Shown one piece after another: positions 38,827 to 49,294 of a stretch of DNA of 64,000 nucleotides. Under the pieces are notes generated by a model, which saw only the letters and a program-made list of their open reading frames with translations, ran no database searches and was not told where the DNA came from. Each line of letters begins with the position of its first letter. Position 1 is the first letter of the stretch. Source of the stretch: Bacillota bacterium (GTDB lineage Bacteria > Bacillota > Proteinivoracia > UBA4975); contig JAAYIH010000049.1 in NCBI GenBank assembly GCA_012523545.1, forward strand, positions 43,841-107,840, written 5' to 3'. A program made the position numbers and the translations under genes.

Positions 38827-39381
38827 ATGACACTGGTTTTGGCTTCCGCTTCGCCGCGCAGGCAGGAGCTCATTCGCCGGGTGACGGAAGATTTTGTGGT
38901 CTGCCCTGCCGATGTGGATGAAGCCAATATACCGTACCAGACTCCGGCGGAATATACACTGAGCATGGCCGTTGGCAAGGCCCTGGCAGTTTCCGGCAAG
39001 ACCCCGCACCCTGTTTTGGGCGCTGATACCGTGGTTTGCCTCGGTGCCCGCATTTTGGGCAAGCCGCGGGATGCCGAAGAAAACCGGGCCATGCTGCGAG
39101 CGTTGTCCGGACGCTGGCATACCGTGCTTACCGCCGTCGCTCTGTGCCGGCAGGGGCGAATCCTCGGCACCGAAATCGTCGCCACCCGGGTGCGATTCCT
39201 CCCATTGCGGGAACAGGACATTGAAGAATTAATTCAAACCGGGGACGGTCTGGACAAAGCCGGCGGTTACGGCATTCAGGGGCCGGCGGGGAAGTATATT
39301 GCCGGAATTGACGGATGTTATTATAATGTAATGGGATTGCCTGTTGCAGCAGTGGCTTCTTTGTTACGTGCCCACGTATAA
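38827..39381 (+). CDS. maf: Maf-like nucleoside triphosphate pyrophosphatase
   Basis: LVLASASPRRQELI N-terminus. The maf-radC-mreBCD order is conserved. Confidence 0.9.
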   Translation: MTLVLASASPRRQELIRRVTEDFVVCPADVDEANIPYQTPAEYTLSMAVGKALAVSGKTPHPVLGADTVVCLGARILGKPRDAEENRAMLRALSGRWHTVLTAVALCRQGRILGTEIVATRVRFLPLREQDIEELIQTGDGLDKAGGYGIQGPAGKYIAGIDGCYYNVMGLPVAAVASLLRAHV

Positions 39382-39393
39382 AGGAGGTATTGC

Positions 39394-40074
39394 ATGCGGT
39401 ATACCATCAAGGATATACCCGCAGATATGCGACCTCGGGAGAAGCTGCTCCGTTACGGGCCCGGTGTTTTGACCGATCAGGAGCTGTTGGCCATCATTAT
39501 CCGAACTGGTTCCCGGGAGGCCAATGCAATTCAGCTGGCCGAGTCCGTTTTATACCAGTTCAAAGATTTGCGGGGAATCAACAATGCCGGCATCGAGGAG
39601 ATTTGCGCTGCGGCGCCGGGAATTGGCAATGCCAAGGCTGCCCAAATTAAAGCAGCTTTGGAATTGGGGCGCCGGTTGTCCCAGCAGGGCGCCGAAGTGG
39701 TGAAGATCAAATCGCCCAAGGATGTCGCTGCCTGGGTAATGGAAGACCTCCGTTACCTGCAGCATGAGCAGTTCCGGATTTTGCTGCTCAACACCAAGAA
39801 TGTAATAATTTCATGCGAAGAAGTGTCCAGAGGAAGCCTCAACGCCTCCATCGTTCATCCCCGGGAGGTTTTTGCCAAGGCCATCAAACGCAGTGCCGCT
39901 GCGATTATTCTTGTGCACAACCATCCCAGCGGGGACCCGACTCCCAGCCAGGAGGACATCAATATCACCCGGCGCCTGGTGGAAGTGGGGAGGCTGGTGG
40001 GAATAGACGTATTGGATCACCTCATCATAGGCGATGGAATTTACTGCAGCCTCAGGGAAAAGGGCTATGTTTGA
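39394..40074 (+). CDS. radC: RadC-like JAB domain protein
   Basis: HNHPSGDPTPSQEDI JAMM motif, with an N-terminal HhH region. Confidence 0.9.
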   Translation: MRYTIKDIPADMRPREKLLRYGPGVLTDQELLAIIIRTGSREANAIQLAESVLYQFKDLRGINNAGIEEICAAAPGIGNAKAAQIKAALELGRRLSQQGAEVVKIKSPKDVAAWVMEDLRYLQHEQFRILLLNTKNVIISCEEVSRGSLNASIVHPREVFAKAIKRSAAAIILVHNHPSGDPTPSQEDINITRRLVEVGRLVGIDVLDHLIIGDGIYCSLREKGYV

Positions 40075-40137
40075 CGGCTTCGCGGGCAGACTAATTAATG
40101 CACCATATGCAGTTTTGACACGAAAGGAGATATACGT

Positions 40138-41169
40138 TTGGGCTTGCTTGACTTTTTGTCTCAGGACATCGGAATTGATTTGGGGACTGCCAACACCTAT
40201 GTCTATGTAAAAGGCAAGGGAATTTTGGTGCGGGAACCCTCAGTCGTCGCCATTCAGAAAACCAAGGACAAAGACGTCATTTTGGCAGTGGGGGAGGAAG
40301 CCAAACAGATGATTGGCAGGACCCCCGGCAACATTGTGGCGATTCGGCCTATGAAGGATGGAGTTATCGCCGACTTTGACATCACCCATGAAATGTTGCG
40401 CCATTTTATTGGCCAGGCTTACCGGCGCAGCTGGTTTAAACGCAAACCCAGGGTTGTAGTGTGCGTTCCTTCGGGGGTTACGGCAGTGGAGGAAAGGGCC
40501 GTCAAAGAAGCGACCATGGAAGCCGGCGCCCGGGAAGTGTACTTAATAGAAGAACCCATGGCAGCGGCCCTGGGCGCAGGCCTGCCGGTATCCGAACCCA
40601 ACGGCAGCATGGTTGTCGACGTGGGGGGCGGAACCACCGACGTGGCCATTATTGCCCTGGGCGGCATTGTCACGCACCGCGCCATTCGCGTGGGCGGCGA
40701 CGAAATGGATGAAAGCATCACCCATTATATTAAGCGCAAGTACAATGTGATGATCGGAGAACGCACTGCTGAAAACGTCAAGATTACCATCGGTTCGGCG
40801 ATGCCGGAAAAGGAAGACAAAACGATGGATATCCGCGGCCGGGATATGGTTACCGGCTTGCCCAAAACGCTCAAACTGACTGCCAAAGAAATCAACGCCG
40901 CTATGCAGGACCCGATCAACAGTATTTTGGAAGCTATAAAAGTTACGCTGGAAAAAACGCCGCCTGAGCTGGCAGCGGATATCATGGATCGCGGTATCGT
41001 TATGTCCGGCGGCGGTTCGCTGCTGGACGGTTTCGACCGCCTTATCAGCAAAGAGACCGGCATGCCCGTGGTGGTCGCCGAAAATGCCCTGGATTGCGTG
41101 GCGTTGGGAACGGGCAAAGTGCTGGCGGAAATGAATTTGCTCAGACGCATTGCCCTGGGCAGCAAGTAG
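40138..41169 (+). CDS. mreB: rod shape-determining protein MreB
   Basis: Actin-fold motifs DLGTANT and [13 protein letters not shown] start. Confidence 0.92.
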   Translation: MGLLDFLSQDIGIDLGTANTYVYVKGKGILVREPSVVAIQKTKDKDVILAVGEEAKQMIGRTPGNIVAIRPMKDGVIADFDITHEMLRHFIGQAYRRSWFKRKPRVVVCVPSGVTAVEERAVKEATMEAGAREVYLIEEPMAAALGAGLPVSEPNGSMVVDVGGGTTDVAIIALGGIVTHRAIRVGGDEMDESITHYIKRKYNVMIGERTAENVKITIGSAMPEKEDKTMDIRGRDMVTGLPKTLKLTAKEINAAMQDPINSILEAIKVTLEKTPPELAADIMDRGIVMSGGGSLLDGFDRLISKETGMPVVVAENALDCVALGTGKVLAEMNLLRRIALGSK

Positions 41170-41199
41170 GCAACCTGGAGCAGGAAGGAGGGGAGCGCT

Positions 41200-42099
41200 G
41201 TGTCCGCTTTTCGCAAGAACAGGCAGAAAATTGTTCAGGGCGTTATTGTGGTTTTGCTCCTTACCGTAGTAATGAGCTGGAGCAGCAACAACCGCGACCG
41301 GTTCAGTTTTATCAGCAATATCGTTGCGGAAGCGCTCTATCCTTTCCAGCTTGCCTCCAGTGCGGTGAGCCAGTTCGTTCTCAACTCCTGGAAATTTGTT
41401 ATGGATGTCCGCAATGTATATGCCGATAACCAAAAGTACCAGGAAATGCTGAAGGAATTTACCGGAATGGAGCTGGAGCTCAGGGAAGTCAGGGAGGAAA
41501 ATAGACGGCTCAAAGAATTGCTGGGGTTCAAGGAGAAAGAGCCCTATGCAATGACGCCTGCGCAGGTCATCGGCCGCAACCCCTCTACCTGGTTTTCCGA
41601 TTTGACTATCAATAAAGGCAGTAAAGACGGCATACAAGTGGACATGCCTGTGGTCACCCACCAGGGTTTGGTGGGTAAAATCATTGCCGTTTATCCTTCG
41701 TATTCCAAGGTACAGCTCATCATCAGTCCCAACAGCGGCATCAGCGCTATAGTCCAGAGAACCCGGGACAACGGTGTGCTCATCGGCTTGTCAACTCCCA
41801 TAGGTTATACCAAGATTACCCGGCTGCACCAACATGCAGACATCCAGGAGGGCGACATCATAATCTCTTCACCCCTGACCGGCATTTATCCCAAAGGATT
41901 GGCCATCGGCCGCGTTGTGGAAGTATATGACGACCCGGTTTCATTGGAGCGCAGCGCGCTGGTCAAACCCCAGGTCGATTTCGACCGCCTCGAAGAAGTG
42001 CTTATTATTACCAACTTCACCTATGAACAGGACACTGACCAGCAACAGCCCGGTGAGGGGCAAGGAGACCAAGAGGGAGAAGCAGGTGAAAACCCGTGA
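41200..42099 (+). CDS. mreC: rod shape-determining protein MreC
   Basis: N-terminal TM helix, coiled coil, and MreC beta domains. GTG start follows GGAGGGGAG. Confidence 0.88.
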   Translation: MSAFRKNRQKIVQGVIVVLLLTVVMSWSSNNRDRFSFISNIVAEALYPFQLASSAVSQFVLNSWKFVMDVRNVYADNQKYQEMLKEFTGMELELREVREENRRLKELLGFKEKEPYAMTPAQVIGRNPSTWFSDLTINKGSKDGIQVDMPVVTHQGLVGKIIAVYPSYSKVQLIISPNSGISAIVQRTRDNGVLIGLSTPIGYTKITRLHQHADIQEGDIIISSPLTGIYPKGLAIGRVVEVYDDPVSLERSALVKPQVDFDRLEEVLIITNFTYEQDTDQQQPGEGQGDQEGEAGENP

Positions 42100-42602
42100 A
42101 GTATCTGAGGGTGTTGGCTGTTTTGGCTTTCCTGGTCATTGTGCAAACCACGTTGCTTCCACGCCTCTTTCCCTGGTTGCCTCTGGCTCCGGCTTTTTTA
42201 TATCTGGTTGTCCTGTCCTTTCGCCTGCCGCGAAACTTTTTGCTGACGGCGGGATTATGGTCAGGCCTGGTCCAGGATATTTTGGTGGGGGAGGTCTTTG
42301 GACTGACCATGTTCACCAATTACATCGCCATGGCCGTCGTTTGGGAATTTAAGGATGACCTGCTGGACAACGCAGTGGTTACCTGTGGAGTCCGCGTGGT
42401 TATTGCCACTCTGGTGCAGGAATTTCTGACCGCCTTTGTCTATTATATTTACAGTGCCGGTTCCGGCCACATCTCCAACACCCTGCAAATCAGCGCCGGG
42501 TTGAATCTGCTGTCCAACCTTTTGTTATATGCGCTGTTTATGCTGTGGCTAAGGCTGCGCGGATCCGAAAAGGTATCCGCTTTTTTGGAGGCGAGGTCAT
42601 GA
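42096..42602 (+). CDS. mreD: rod shape-determining protein MreD
   Basis: Small polytopic membrane protein at the conserved position. Confidence 0.8.
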   Translation: MKYLRVLAVLAFLVIVQTTLLPRLFPWLPLAPAFLYLVVLSFRLPRNFLLTAGLWSGLVQDILVGEVFGLTMFTNYIAMAVVWEFKDDLLDNAVVTCGVRVVIATLVQEFLTAFVYYIYSAGSGHISNTLQISAGLNLLSNLLLYALFMLWLRLRGSEKVSAFLEARS

Positions 42603-44347
42603 AGCAAATGCAATTGCGGATTTCCATTCTTCGACTGGTGGCAGCCCTCATCGTCGCCGTGCTGCTGTACAATCTATTTCAGATCCAGGTAATCGAGGGC
42701 GAGGAATGGGCTGACATTGCCGACAACAACCGTTTCCGCCATTTGGTGCAGAGGGCGCCGCGGGGGAGGATTTTTACCGCCGACGGCGTCGAGCTGGCCA
42801 GCAACATTCCCTGCTATGAAGTGGCCCTGGCTTTTGAGCAGGACCCGGCTAAGCGTCAGCAGGCCATTGATGTCCTTGCCGATTTGCTGGGTATGGAAGC
42901 GGAAGAAATACAGAACCGGCTTAAAAAGAACCACCGCCGGTTTGAGCCGACGGTGGTGGCCAGAAACGTCGACTTTGCAACGGTCGCGCTGTTGGAAGAA
43001 AACAAACACCGGATTCCGGGCCTGGTTGTACAAATTAACCCCCAGCGCGTTTATCCTCAGAAAACCCTTTTGGCCCACGTCCTGGGGCGCTTAATTGACG
43101 GGAAAGGCGTTGAAGGCCTGGAACGGCAGTGGGAGGACTATTTGCGGGGCGAAAACGGCTTCAGCGTCATTCAGGTCAACGCCGCCAACAGCCCGGTGGG
43201 CGAGCCCGTCAACAGCAAGCCGGCCGTTCCGGGGAAGGACTTGCACCTCACCGTCGACGCCGGGTTGCAACAAGTGGCTCAGGAGTCGTTGCATCGCGTT
43301 TTGCGCAAGCTTCGGGAAGAGCGTAAACTTGAAGATGCCTGGACCGGCGCCGTGGTCGTTATCGATCCCAATTCCGGCCGTATTTTGGCCATGGCTTCGG
43401 AACCGTCCTTTGACAACAATGTAAAGTACAATTACGCGTGGCCCGACGAATTGCCGCAAAAGGATACCGTCAGAACGTACCGGGACAGGGTGCTCAATTG
43501 GCGCAAGCCGGTGGGTTCCACCTTTAAAATGATTACCGGGCTGGCTGCGTTGGAGACGGGGCATGTTACTGCAACCGAAAAAATCAGGGATACCGGCAGT
43601 GCCAGGATCAGCGGTCAGATGGTGAGAAACTACGGTTCCGCCGCTTACGGATATATCGATCTGCCCCGGGCTCTGGAAGTGTCCAGCAATATTTACTTTG
43701 GGACCCTGGGCAGCCGCATGGGCCATGAACTGATTTACGAGTACATTGACAAATTCGGCATGTCGGGGACAGCCTCCGGAGAGTCCAGGGAAGGGGTTAT
43801 GAAAAACGCCGGCTTCACCGATATTGCCCTGGATGAGCAAATGTACAGCCTGGATTATTATCGGCAGATGATGAAACATGGCGGCTCGTTTTACCCTGGC
43901 CATACCGTCCAAATGTCTTACGGGCAACTGAACGAGTTTACGGTAATGCAGATGGCCAACTACGTGTCCATGCTGGCCAATGGAGGCATTCATTACAAGC
44001 CATACCTGGTGGAGAAGATTACCGCCGCAGACGGAGAAGTGGTGGAATTTTTCGAGCCGGTTATACTGGCTCAACATGAGTTTGACCCCAAAGCTCTGGA
44101 CGTCGTGCGCAAAGGCATGCGCCTTGCTGCCAGCGGCGGCCAGTTCCGCAACCTGCCCTTTGCCGTGGCAGGCAAGACGGGAACTTCTGAAGAGGCCGGC
44201 AAAGAAAACCACGCCTGGTGGGTGGGGTACGCCCCGTACGATAATCCGGAGATTGCCATAGTGGTATTTTTGGAGCACGGCGGACTGGGATTGCGCGCCA
44301 CCGAAGTTGCACGGGACATTATCGACTATTACTTTGGCCTCAAATAA
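42599..44347 (+). CDS. mrdA: penicillin-binding protein 2 (elongasome transpeptidase)
   Basis: Active-site motifs STFK (in VGSTFKM), SSN and KTGT. ATG is 7 nt after GGAGG. Confidence 0.9.
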   Translation: MKQMQLRISILRLVAALIVAVLLYNLFQIQVIEGEEWADIADNNRFRHLVQRAPRGRIFTADGVELASNIPCYEVALAFEQDPAKRQQAIDVLADLLGMEAEEIQNRLKKNHRRFEPTVVARNVDFATVALLEENKHRIPGLVVQINPQRVYPQKTLLAHVLGRLIDGKGVEGLERQWEDYLRGENGFSVIQVNAANSPVGEPVNSKPAVPGKDLHLTVDAGLQQVAQESLHRVLRKLREERKLEDAWTGAVVVIDPNSGRILAMASEPSFDNNVKYNYAWPDELPQKDTVRTYRDRVLNWRKPVGSTFKMITGLAALETGHVTATEKIRDTGSARISGQMVRNYGSAAYGYIDLPRALEVSSNIYFGTLGSRMGHELIYEYIDKFGMSGTASGESREGVMKNAGFTDIALDEQMYSLDYYRQMMKHGGSFYPGHTVQMSYGQLNEFTVMQMANYVSMLANGGIHYKPYLVEKITAADGEVVEFFEPVILAQHEFDPKALDVVRKGMRLAASGGQFRNLPFAVAGKTGTSEEAGKENHAWWVGYAPYDNPEIAIVVFLEHGGLGLRATEVARDIIDYYFGLK

Positions 44348-44362
44348 AAGGGGGTGACGGCG

Positions 44363-45478
44363 TTGGGGAAAAAGGTGCTGAAAAATTATGATTTCGTGCT
44401 TCTGGCAACCATCGTTGCCATAGCCCTGTTTGGCCTGCTTCTGGTGGGTTCGTCGACGGTTTCGGGCCAGGTTACCGTGCGGGGTTTGTTTAGCAGCAGC
44501 TTTTTCTTGCGCCAGCTCCTCTGGATCGTGAGCGGATTGGGGGGGATGTTTGTTATTTCCCTCATCGACTATAATGAATGGAAGCGATTCGCCCTTCCCA
44601 TTTATTTGTTTAACCTGGCTTTGCTGGTCCTGGTGCTGTTTAAAGGGGCCAGCGCCGGCGGCGCCCAGCGCTGGTTGCCCATGGGCTTCTTTAACCTGCA
44701 GCCTTCGGAATTGGCCAAAGTATTTATTATAATCACCCTGTCCACAGTCCTGGCCAAGGAAGGACGCAGTCTCGACAGGTGGCAGGACTTGTTGCTCCCC
44801 TTTGCACACGTGGCCTTGCCCATGGTGATAATCTTCAAGCAACCCGATTTGGGCACCTCCCTCGTGTTTGCGGCGATTACAGTGTCCATCCTGTTTGTGG
44901 CCGGGATGCGTTGGTTGCACCTGGGCGTCTTGTCCCTGGGCGGTCTGTTTTTTAGTGTCATTGCCTACCTTTTTTTGCTGGAGGACTACCAAAAGAGCCG
45001 TCTGCTCATTTTTCGGGATCCATGGCAGGATCCCACCGGCAAGGGCTGGCAAATCATTCAGTCCAAAGTCGCCGTCGGTTCCGGCCAGTTGTGGGGCCGC
45101 GGCTTGTTTCAGGGGACCCAGAATCAACTGGATTTTCTCCCGGTAAAGCATACCGATTTCATCTTTTCTGTTTTGGGAGAGGAACTGGGGTTTGTGGGCG
45201 CGGCGATTTTTCTCCTCGTTTATCTCTTCATGATTTGGCAAATTCTCAAAGTGGCCATGGTGGCCAAGGACAATTTTGGCCGCTTCATCTGTGTCGGCGT
45301 AGCTGCCGTATTTTCCTTCCAGTTGCTGGTCAATGTGGGTATGACCATCAGCATTATGCCGGTAACAGGTATTCCCCTGCCTTTGGTGAGCTACGGCGGC
45401 AGCTCGTTTATGGCAACCATGCTCGCTTTGGGCCTTGTGCTCAGTGTCGCCGCCCATAAAGACACCTCGCTCTTTTGA
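44363..45478 (+). CDS. rodA: peptidoglycan glycosyltransferase RodA (SEDS family)
   Basis: FtsW/RodA/SpoVE family. TTG start follows AAAGGGGGTGA. The track ORF begins at 44354. Confidence 0.88.
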   Translation: MGKKVLKNYDFVLLATIVAIALFGLLLVGSSTVSGQVTVRGLFSSSFFLRQLLWIVSGLGGMFVISLIDYNEWKRFALPIYLFNLALLVLVLFKGASAGGAQRWLPMGFFNLQPSELAKVFIIITLSTVLAKEGRSLDRWQDLLLPFAHVALPMVIIFKQPDLGTSLVFAAITVSILFVAGMRWLHLGVLSLGGLFFSVIAYLFLLEDYQKSRLLIFRDPWQDPTGKGWQIIQSKVAVGSGQLWGRGLFQGTQNQLDFLPVKHTDFIFSVLGEELGFVGAAIFLLVYLFMIWQILKVAMVAKDNFGRFICVGVAAVFSFQLLVNVGMTISIMPVTGIPLPLVSYGGSSFMATMLALGLVLSVAAHKDTSLF

Positions 45479-45500
45479 CCCGGCAGTTGCCGGGTTTTTG
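45478..45500 (+). terminator. intrinsic terminator (first canonical one since 20838)
   Basis: ACCCGGCA-gt-TGCCGGGT hairpin followed by TTTTT. Confidence 0.75.
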
Positions 45501-45543
45501 CATATCTCCTGCCCCGGGCAATATTATTGTACGGAGCGGGGGT

Positions 45544-46410
45544 ATGGTCATGGCCAAAAGGATAAAGGTATCCTGGTTCTTTGTGTTTTTCTTTATGCTG
45601 ATGGCGGCAATGGGGATGGCCAGCCAGGCTGCGGCGCTGGTTATTGCCCTGTTTGTTCATGAACTGGGGCACATTTTCAGTGCGCGCGTCATGGGCTGCC
45701 GCGTCGAAAAAATACAGTTGTTGCCCTGGGGCGGTTACATGTACTTGGATCAGCTCATTGATGTGCAACCGGTTGCAGAAATACGCATTGCCTTGGCCGG
45801 TCCGGTGGCCAATTTGCTGGCAGCGGCGGCGGTTATGGCGCTGGCGGAATATTCCCGACACAGCCCGATTATGGATTTTTTGCGCGCAAACCTGGTGCTG
45901 ATGACCTTTAACCTCCTGCCGGCGCTGCCCCTGGACGGGGGCAGAGTGCTGAGGGCGCTCCTCACCGGGTGGCTGCCCTTTTACCGGGCAACCAAAATCG
46001 TAATTGGTACCGGCGCAGTGTGCGGGCTTTTCCTGTCGGCGCTGGGTATTTTTATGCTGGCCCAGGGACAACCCAATCCCTCAGCAATTGCCGCTGGGGT
46101 ATTTTTGCTGTACAATGCCTATAAAGAAAAAAAACAAGTGCTCGTACCCCTGTTCAGGTATGCCCTGGGGCGGCAAAAGTCTTTGGCCGGAGCCAGGATC
46201 ATGCCTGCCCACGACCTGGTGGCCGCTCCCGACACCAGGGTATATGAGGTTCTGAAACATATCAGGCCGCAAAAGTACTATCAGATTTTTGTCCTGGACG
46301 AACAACAGCGGATTTGCGGCATAATTACTGAGCATCAGCTGCTCAGAGAAATTTTGACCGGTGCCGGTCAACGGCCCCTGTACGAAATTGTGGACAGAAA
46401 GGAAGAATAG
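45544..46410 (+). CDS. M50 family site-2 metalloprotease with C-terminal CBS-like region (SpoIVFB-like)
   Basis: HELGH zinc motif in a TM helix, and a SpoIVFB-like size of about 289 aa. Confidence 0.8.
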   Translation: MVMAKRIKVSWFFVFFFMLMAAMGMASQAAALVIALFVHELGHIFSARVMGCRVEKIQLLPWGGYMYLDQLIDVQPVAEIRIALAGPVANLLAAAAVMALAEYSRHSPIMDFLRANLVLMTFNLLPALPLDGGRVLRALLTGWLPFYRATKIVIGTGAVCGLFLSALGIFMLAQGQPNPSAIAAGVFLLYNAYKEKKQVLVPLFRYALGRQKSLAGARIMPAHDLVAAPDTRVYEVLKHIRPQKYYQIFVLDEQQRICGIITEHQLLREILTGAGQRPLYEIVDRKEE

Positions 46411-46411
46411 A

Positions 46412-48247
46412 ATGCACTGGCATAAATTGGAAAGAATACTGCCCCATGTCCAGAAACCTGCCCGTTATATTGGCAATGAGTTAAATACCGTTATTAAACC
46501 TGCGGAACAGGTTGAGTTTCGCTTTGCCCTGGCCTTTCCCGATGTTTACGAAATCGGTACCAGTTACATGGGCTTTCATATCCTGTATGACCTGCTCAAT
46601 AAAATGCCTGGGGTGCAGGCCGAAAGAGTCTTTGCGCCCTGGCCGGATATGGAGGCAAAAATGCGGGAATCGGCACTGCCGCTGTATGGGCTCGAGACCG
46701 GAACGCCCCTGGGCGACTTCGACATCATCGGCTTCACCCTGCAACACGAGCTGAGCTATACCAATATTCTAAACATGCTGGACCTGGCCGGTATTGACCC
46801 GCTGGCCGAGCGCAGGGAAGGGCTTCCCCTGGTTATTGCCGGCGGGCCTGGGGCGATGAATCCGGAACCCGTTGCGGATTTTATCGATGCCTTCGTCATT
46901 GGCGAAGGGGAAGAGGTTGTCTCCGAGATTGTTGAGGCCGTGCGCAACGGCAAGGTAACCGGACTGGACCGGTCCGGGATGCTGCGGGCGCTTGCTTCAA
47001 TGACGGGCATTTACGTGCCCCGGTACTATGAGCGCCGCAACGATGCGGCTGGCCGCTTCATCGGAGTTTTTCCGGTTGAGCCGGAGCTGCCCCAGCGCAT
47101 CAGGAAGCGCATTGTCCGTGACTTTGCCGACTTTCCGCTTCCGGAAAAGGTTGTCGTCCCCTTGGTGGAGTCTGTCCACGACCGGGTTAGCGTCGAGATT
47201 TGCCGCGGCTGTGCCCGGGGATGCAGATTCTGTCAGGCCGGCATGATATACCGTCCGGTTCGGGAACGTCCTTTGCCCGTTCTTGTCCAACAAGGTCTGA
47301 CACTGTTGCGGTCTGCGGGCAGCCCCGAACTGGGGCTCAGTTCACTGAGCAGCGCCGATTACTCGGAAATTGAGGATCTCATCGCAGCGATTCAGCAAGA
47401 GGGCCACAATGTCTCACTGCCTTCCCTGCGCGTGGACAGTTATTCGGTACAACTGGCAGAGCTGACCCGGGCCGGGAAAAAAACGGGACTGACCTTGGCC
47501 CCGGAGGCCGGCAGCCAGCGGCTGCGGGATGTAATAAATAAAAATGTGCGGGAAGAGGACATTTTCACTGCAGCCCGGGCGGCCTTCGAAAACGGATGGC
47601 AGACCCTGAAACTGTATTTTATGATTGGCTTGCCAACCGAAACTGAGCAGGATGTGCAGGGGATTGCCGACCTGGCCGTTGCCCTGGAAGATTTGTACAG
47701 GGAAATTCACGGGCATACCAGGAGGCTGAAAATTAACCTGGGCATTTCCACCTTTGTGCCCAAACCCCATACGCCTTTTCAGTGGGCGGGCCAAATGAGC
47801 AAAGAGGAAATAGAAACCCGCCAGAACCTGTTGCGGGAGCGGTTGCGCAGCAAAAAATTCAAGGTCCAGACCGGCAATTGGCAGGAGAGCCGTTTGGAAG
47901 CAGTTCTGGCCAGAGGCGGGCGGGAACTGGGCCGGGCCATTTACCTGGCCTGGCGAAAGGGTTGCAAGTTTGATGCCTGGAGCGAGCATTTCCGCCCGGA
48001 TTTATGGGCACAGGCGTTGGCTGAAGCCGGTGTTGACAGCGAGGCATATACCGGTCCCTGGCCCCTGGATGCCGTGTTGCCCTGGGAACATATCGATGTC
48101 GGCGTCAGCAAAGACTTTTTGCTCCGGGAGTACCGCCGGGCTTTGGCGGGGCGGACAACTCCTGATTGCACCTTTGCCGCTTGTTCAGCCTGCGGCGTAT
48201 GCCCTGCATTTGCCGTCGCTCCCTGGCAGAGGAGGAAATCGAAATGA
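46412..48247 (+). CDS. radical SAM protein with N-terminal B12-binding-like domain (TIGR03960-like)
   Basis: Radical SAM cluster motif CRGCARGCRFC. Its usual DUF2344 partner is immediately downstream. Confidence 0.8.
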   Translation: MHWHKLERILPHVQKPARYIGNELNTVIKPAEQVEFRFALAFPDVYEIGTSYMGFHILYDLLNKMPGVQAERVFAPWPDMEAKMRESALPLYGLETGTPLGDFDIIGFTLQHELSYTNILNMLDLAGIDPLAERREGLPLVIAGGPGAMNPEPVADFIDAFVIGEGEEVVSEIVEAVRNGKVTGLDRSGMLRALASMTGIYVPRYYERRNDAAGRFIGVFPVEPELPQRIRKRIVRDFADFPLPEKVVVPLVESVHDRVSVEICRGCARGCRFCQAGMIYRPVRERPLPVLVQQGLTLLRSAGSPELGLSSLSSADYSEIEDLIAAIQQEGHNVSLPSLRVDSYSVQLAELTRAGKKTGLTLAPEAGSQRLRDVINKNVREEDIFTAARAAFENGWQTLKLYFMIGLPTETEQDVQGIADLAVALEDLYREIHGHTRRLKINLGISTFVPKPHTPFQWAGQMSKEEIETRQNLLRERLRSKKFKVQTGNWQESRLEAVLARGGRELGRAIYLAWRKGCKFDAWSEHFRPDLWAQALAEAGVDSEAYTGPWPLDAVLPWEHIDVGVSKDFLLREYRRALAGRTTPDCTFAACSACGVCPAFAVAPWQRRKSK

Positions 48248-48867
48248 GGGTTGTGCTGCAATATACCAAGCAAGGGGCAATGAAATACGTCTCTCATTTG
48301 GATTTTCAGCGCCTGTGGCGCAGGCTGTTTCGCATGGCGGACATTGCCGTGGCGAATACCCAGGGCTTTAACCCGCTTCCCCGTATGCGCTTTGCGGCGC
48401 CGTTGCCCACCGGCTTTGCCAGTTGCAACGAGCTAATGGAAGTTTTTTTGGCCGCAGCAATGGATTTGGATGAATTGCTCGGACAGTTGAATCGCTTTAC
48501 TCCCCAAGGCATGGATATTCTGGCCGCCACGCCGGTGCCGGACTCCTTTCCCAAACTGACGGCGCTGGTCGATGCTTTGGAATACAGTGTGGAACTGCCG
48601 GAGTGCCGTGTCTTGCCTTCCGCTGTTGAGGACTGCGTGCCGGACGGCAGTACGGCCTGGCAGCAGTTTGTGCTGGCTGCGGAACTCCACGGCCGGCGCT
48701 GGCGGCTGCTGCTGGCCAGCATCGAACAAAAAACGTTGCGTCCAGACGTGCTGGTCCGCCAGTTTTTTCCGGAATTTGATCATGTCGCGATTATCCGGAC
48801 GGGAATTTTTACCAGGAACAGGAATATCAAACCGGTTCCCCAAGGGCTTTCCCTTTTAATTGACTGA
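48244..48867 (+). CDS. radical SAM-linked protein DUF2344 (TIGR03936-like)
   Basis: ATGA start/stop overlap with the preceding radical SAM gene. This conserved partner family has no known function. Confidence 0.7.
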   Translation: MRVVLQYTKQGAMKYVSHLDFQRLWRRLFRMADIAVANTQGFNPLPRMRFAAPLPTGFASCNELMEVFLAAAMDLDELLGQLNRFTPQGMDILAATPVPDSFPKLTALVDALEYSVELPECRVLPSAVEDCVPDGSTAWQQFVLAAELHGRRWRLLLASIEQKTLRPDVLVRQFFPEFDHVAIIRTGIFTRNRNIKPVPQGLSLLID

Positions 48868-48888
48868 ATATGAGCTGTGTGGTATTAT
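48859..48888 (+). promoter_or_regulatory. sigma-A-type promoter for rplU operon (TTGACT-18-TATTAT)
   Basis: Hexamers read directly from the sequence. Confidence 0.55.
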
Positions 48889-48889
48889 A

Positions 48890-48976
48890 CAGGTTGGAGT
48901 TTTTACCGCTCGAAGCGGGTTGTAAATGCCATGGGCTACCTGGTTTCGGCGAGTACACTGCATTGGAGGTGTGGTA
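48890..48976 (+). promoter_or_regulatory. ribosomal protein L21 leader region (5' UTR of rplU)
   Basis: Structured 85-nt leader upstream of rplU, positioned like the L21-leader motif of Firmicutes. Its secondary structure was not verified. Confidence 0.4.
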
Positions 48977-49291
48977 ATGTACGCAATCCTGGAAAGCGGC
49001 GGCAAACAATACCGCGTCAAAGAAGGCGACGTCATCCGCCTGGAGAAGTTGCCGGTCAATCCCGGCGATACTGTAACCTTTTCTCAGGTATTGGCTGTCA
49101 GCGACGGCTCTGCTTTGCGGATAGGCACTCCATATGTGGAGAATGCCACTGTAACTGCCAAGGTACTCGGTCATGGCAAGGCCAAAAAAATCGTCGTCTT
49201 CAAGTACAAGCCCAAGAAAAATTACCGGCGCAAGCAAGGCCACCGGCAACCGTTCACCAAGGTTTCCATCGACAAAATCAGTCTTGAATAG
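48977..49291 (+). CDS. rplU: 50S ribosomal protein L21
   Basis: [14 protein letters not shown]...; ATG follows GGAGGTG. Confidence 0.95.
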   Translation: MYAILESGGKQYRVKEGDVIRLEKLPVNPGDTVTFSQVLAVSDGSALRIGTPYVENATVTAKVLGHGKAKKIVVFKYKPKKNYRRKQGHRQPFTKVSIDKISLE

Positions 49292-49294
49292 CTC

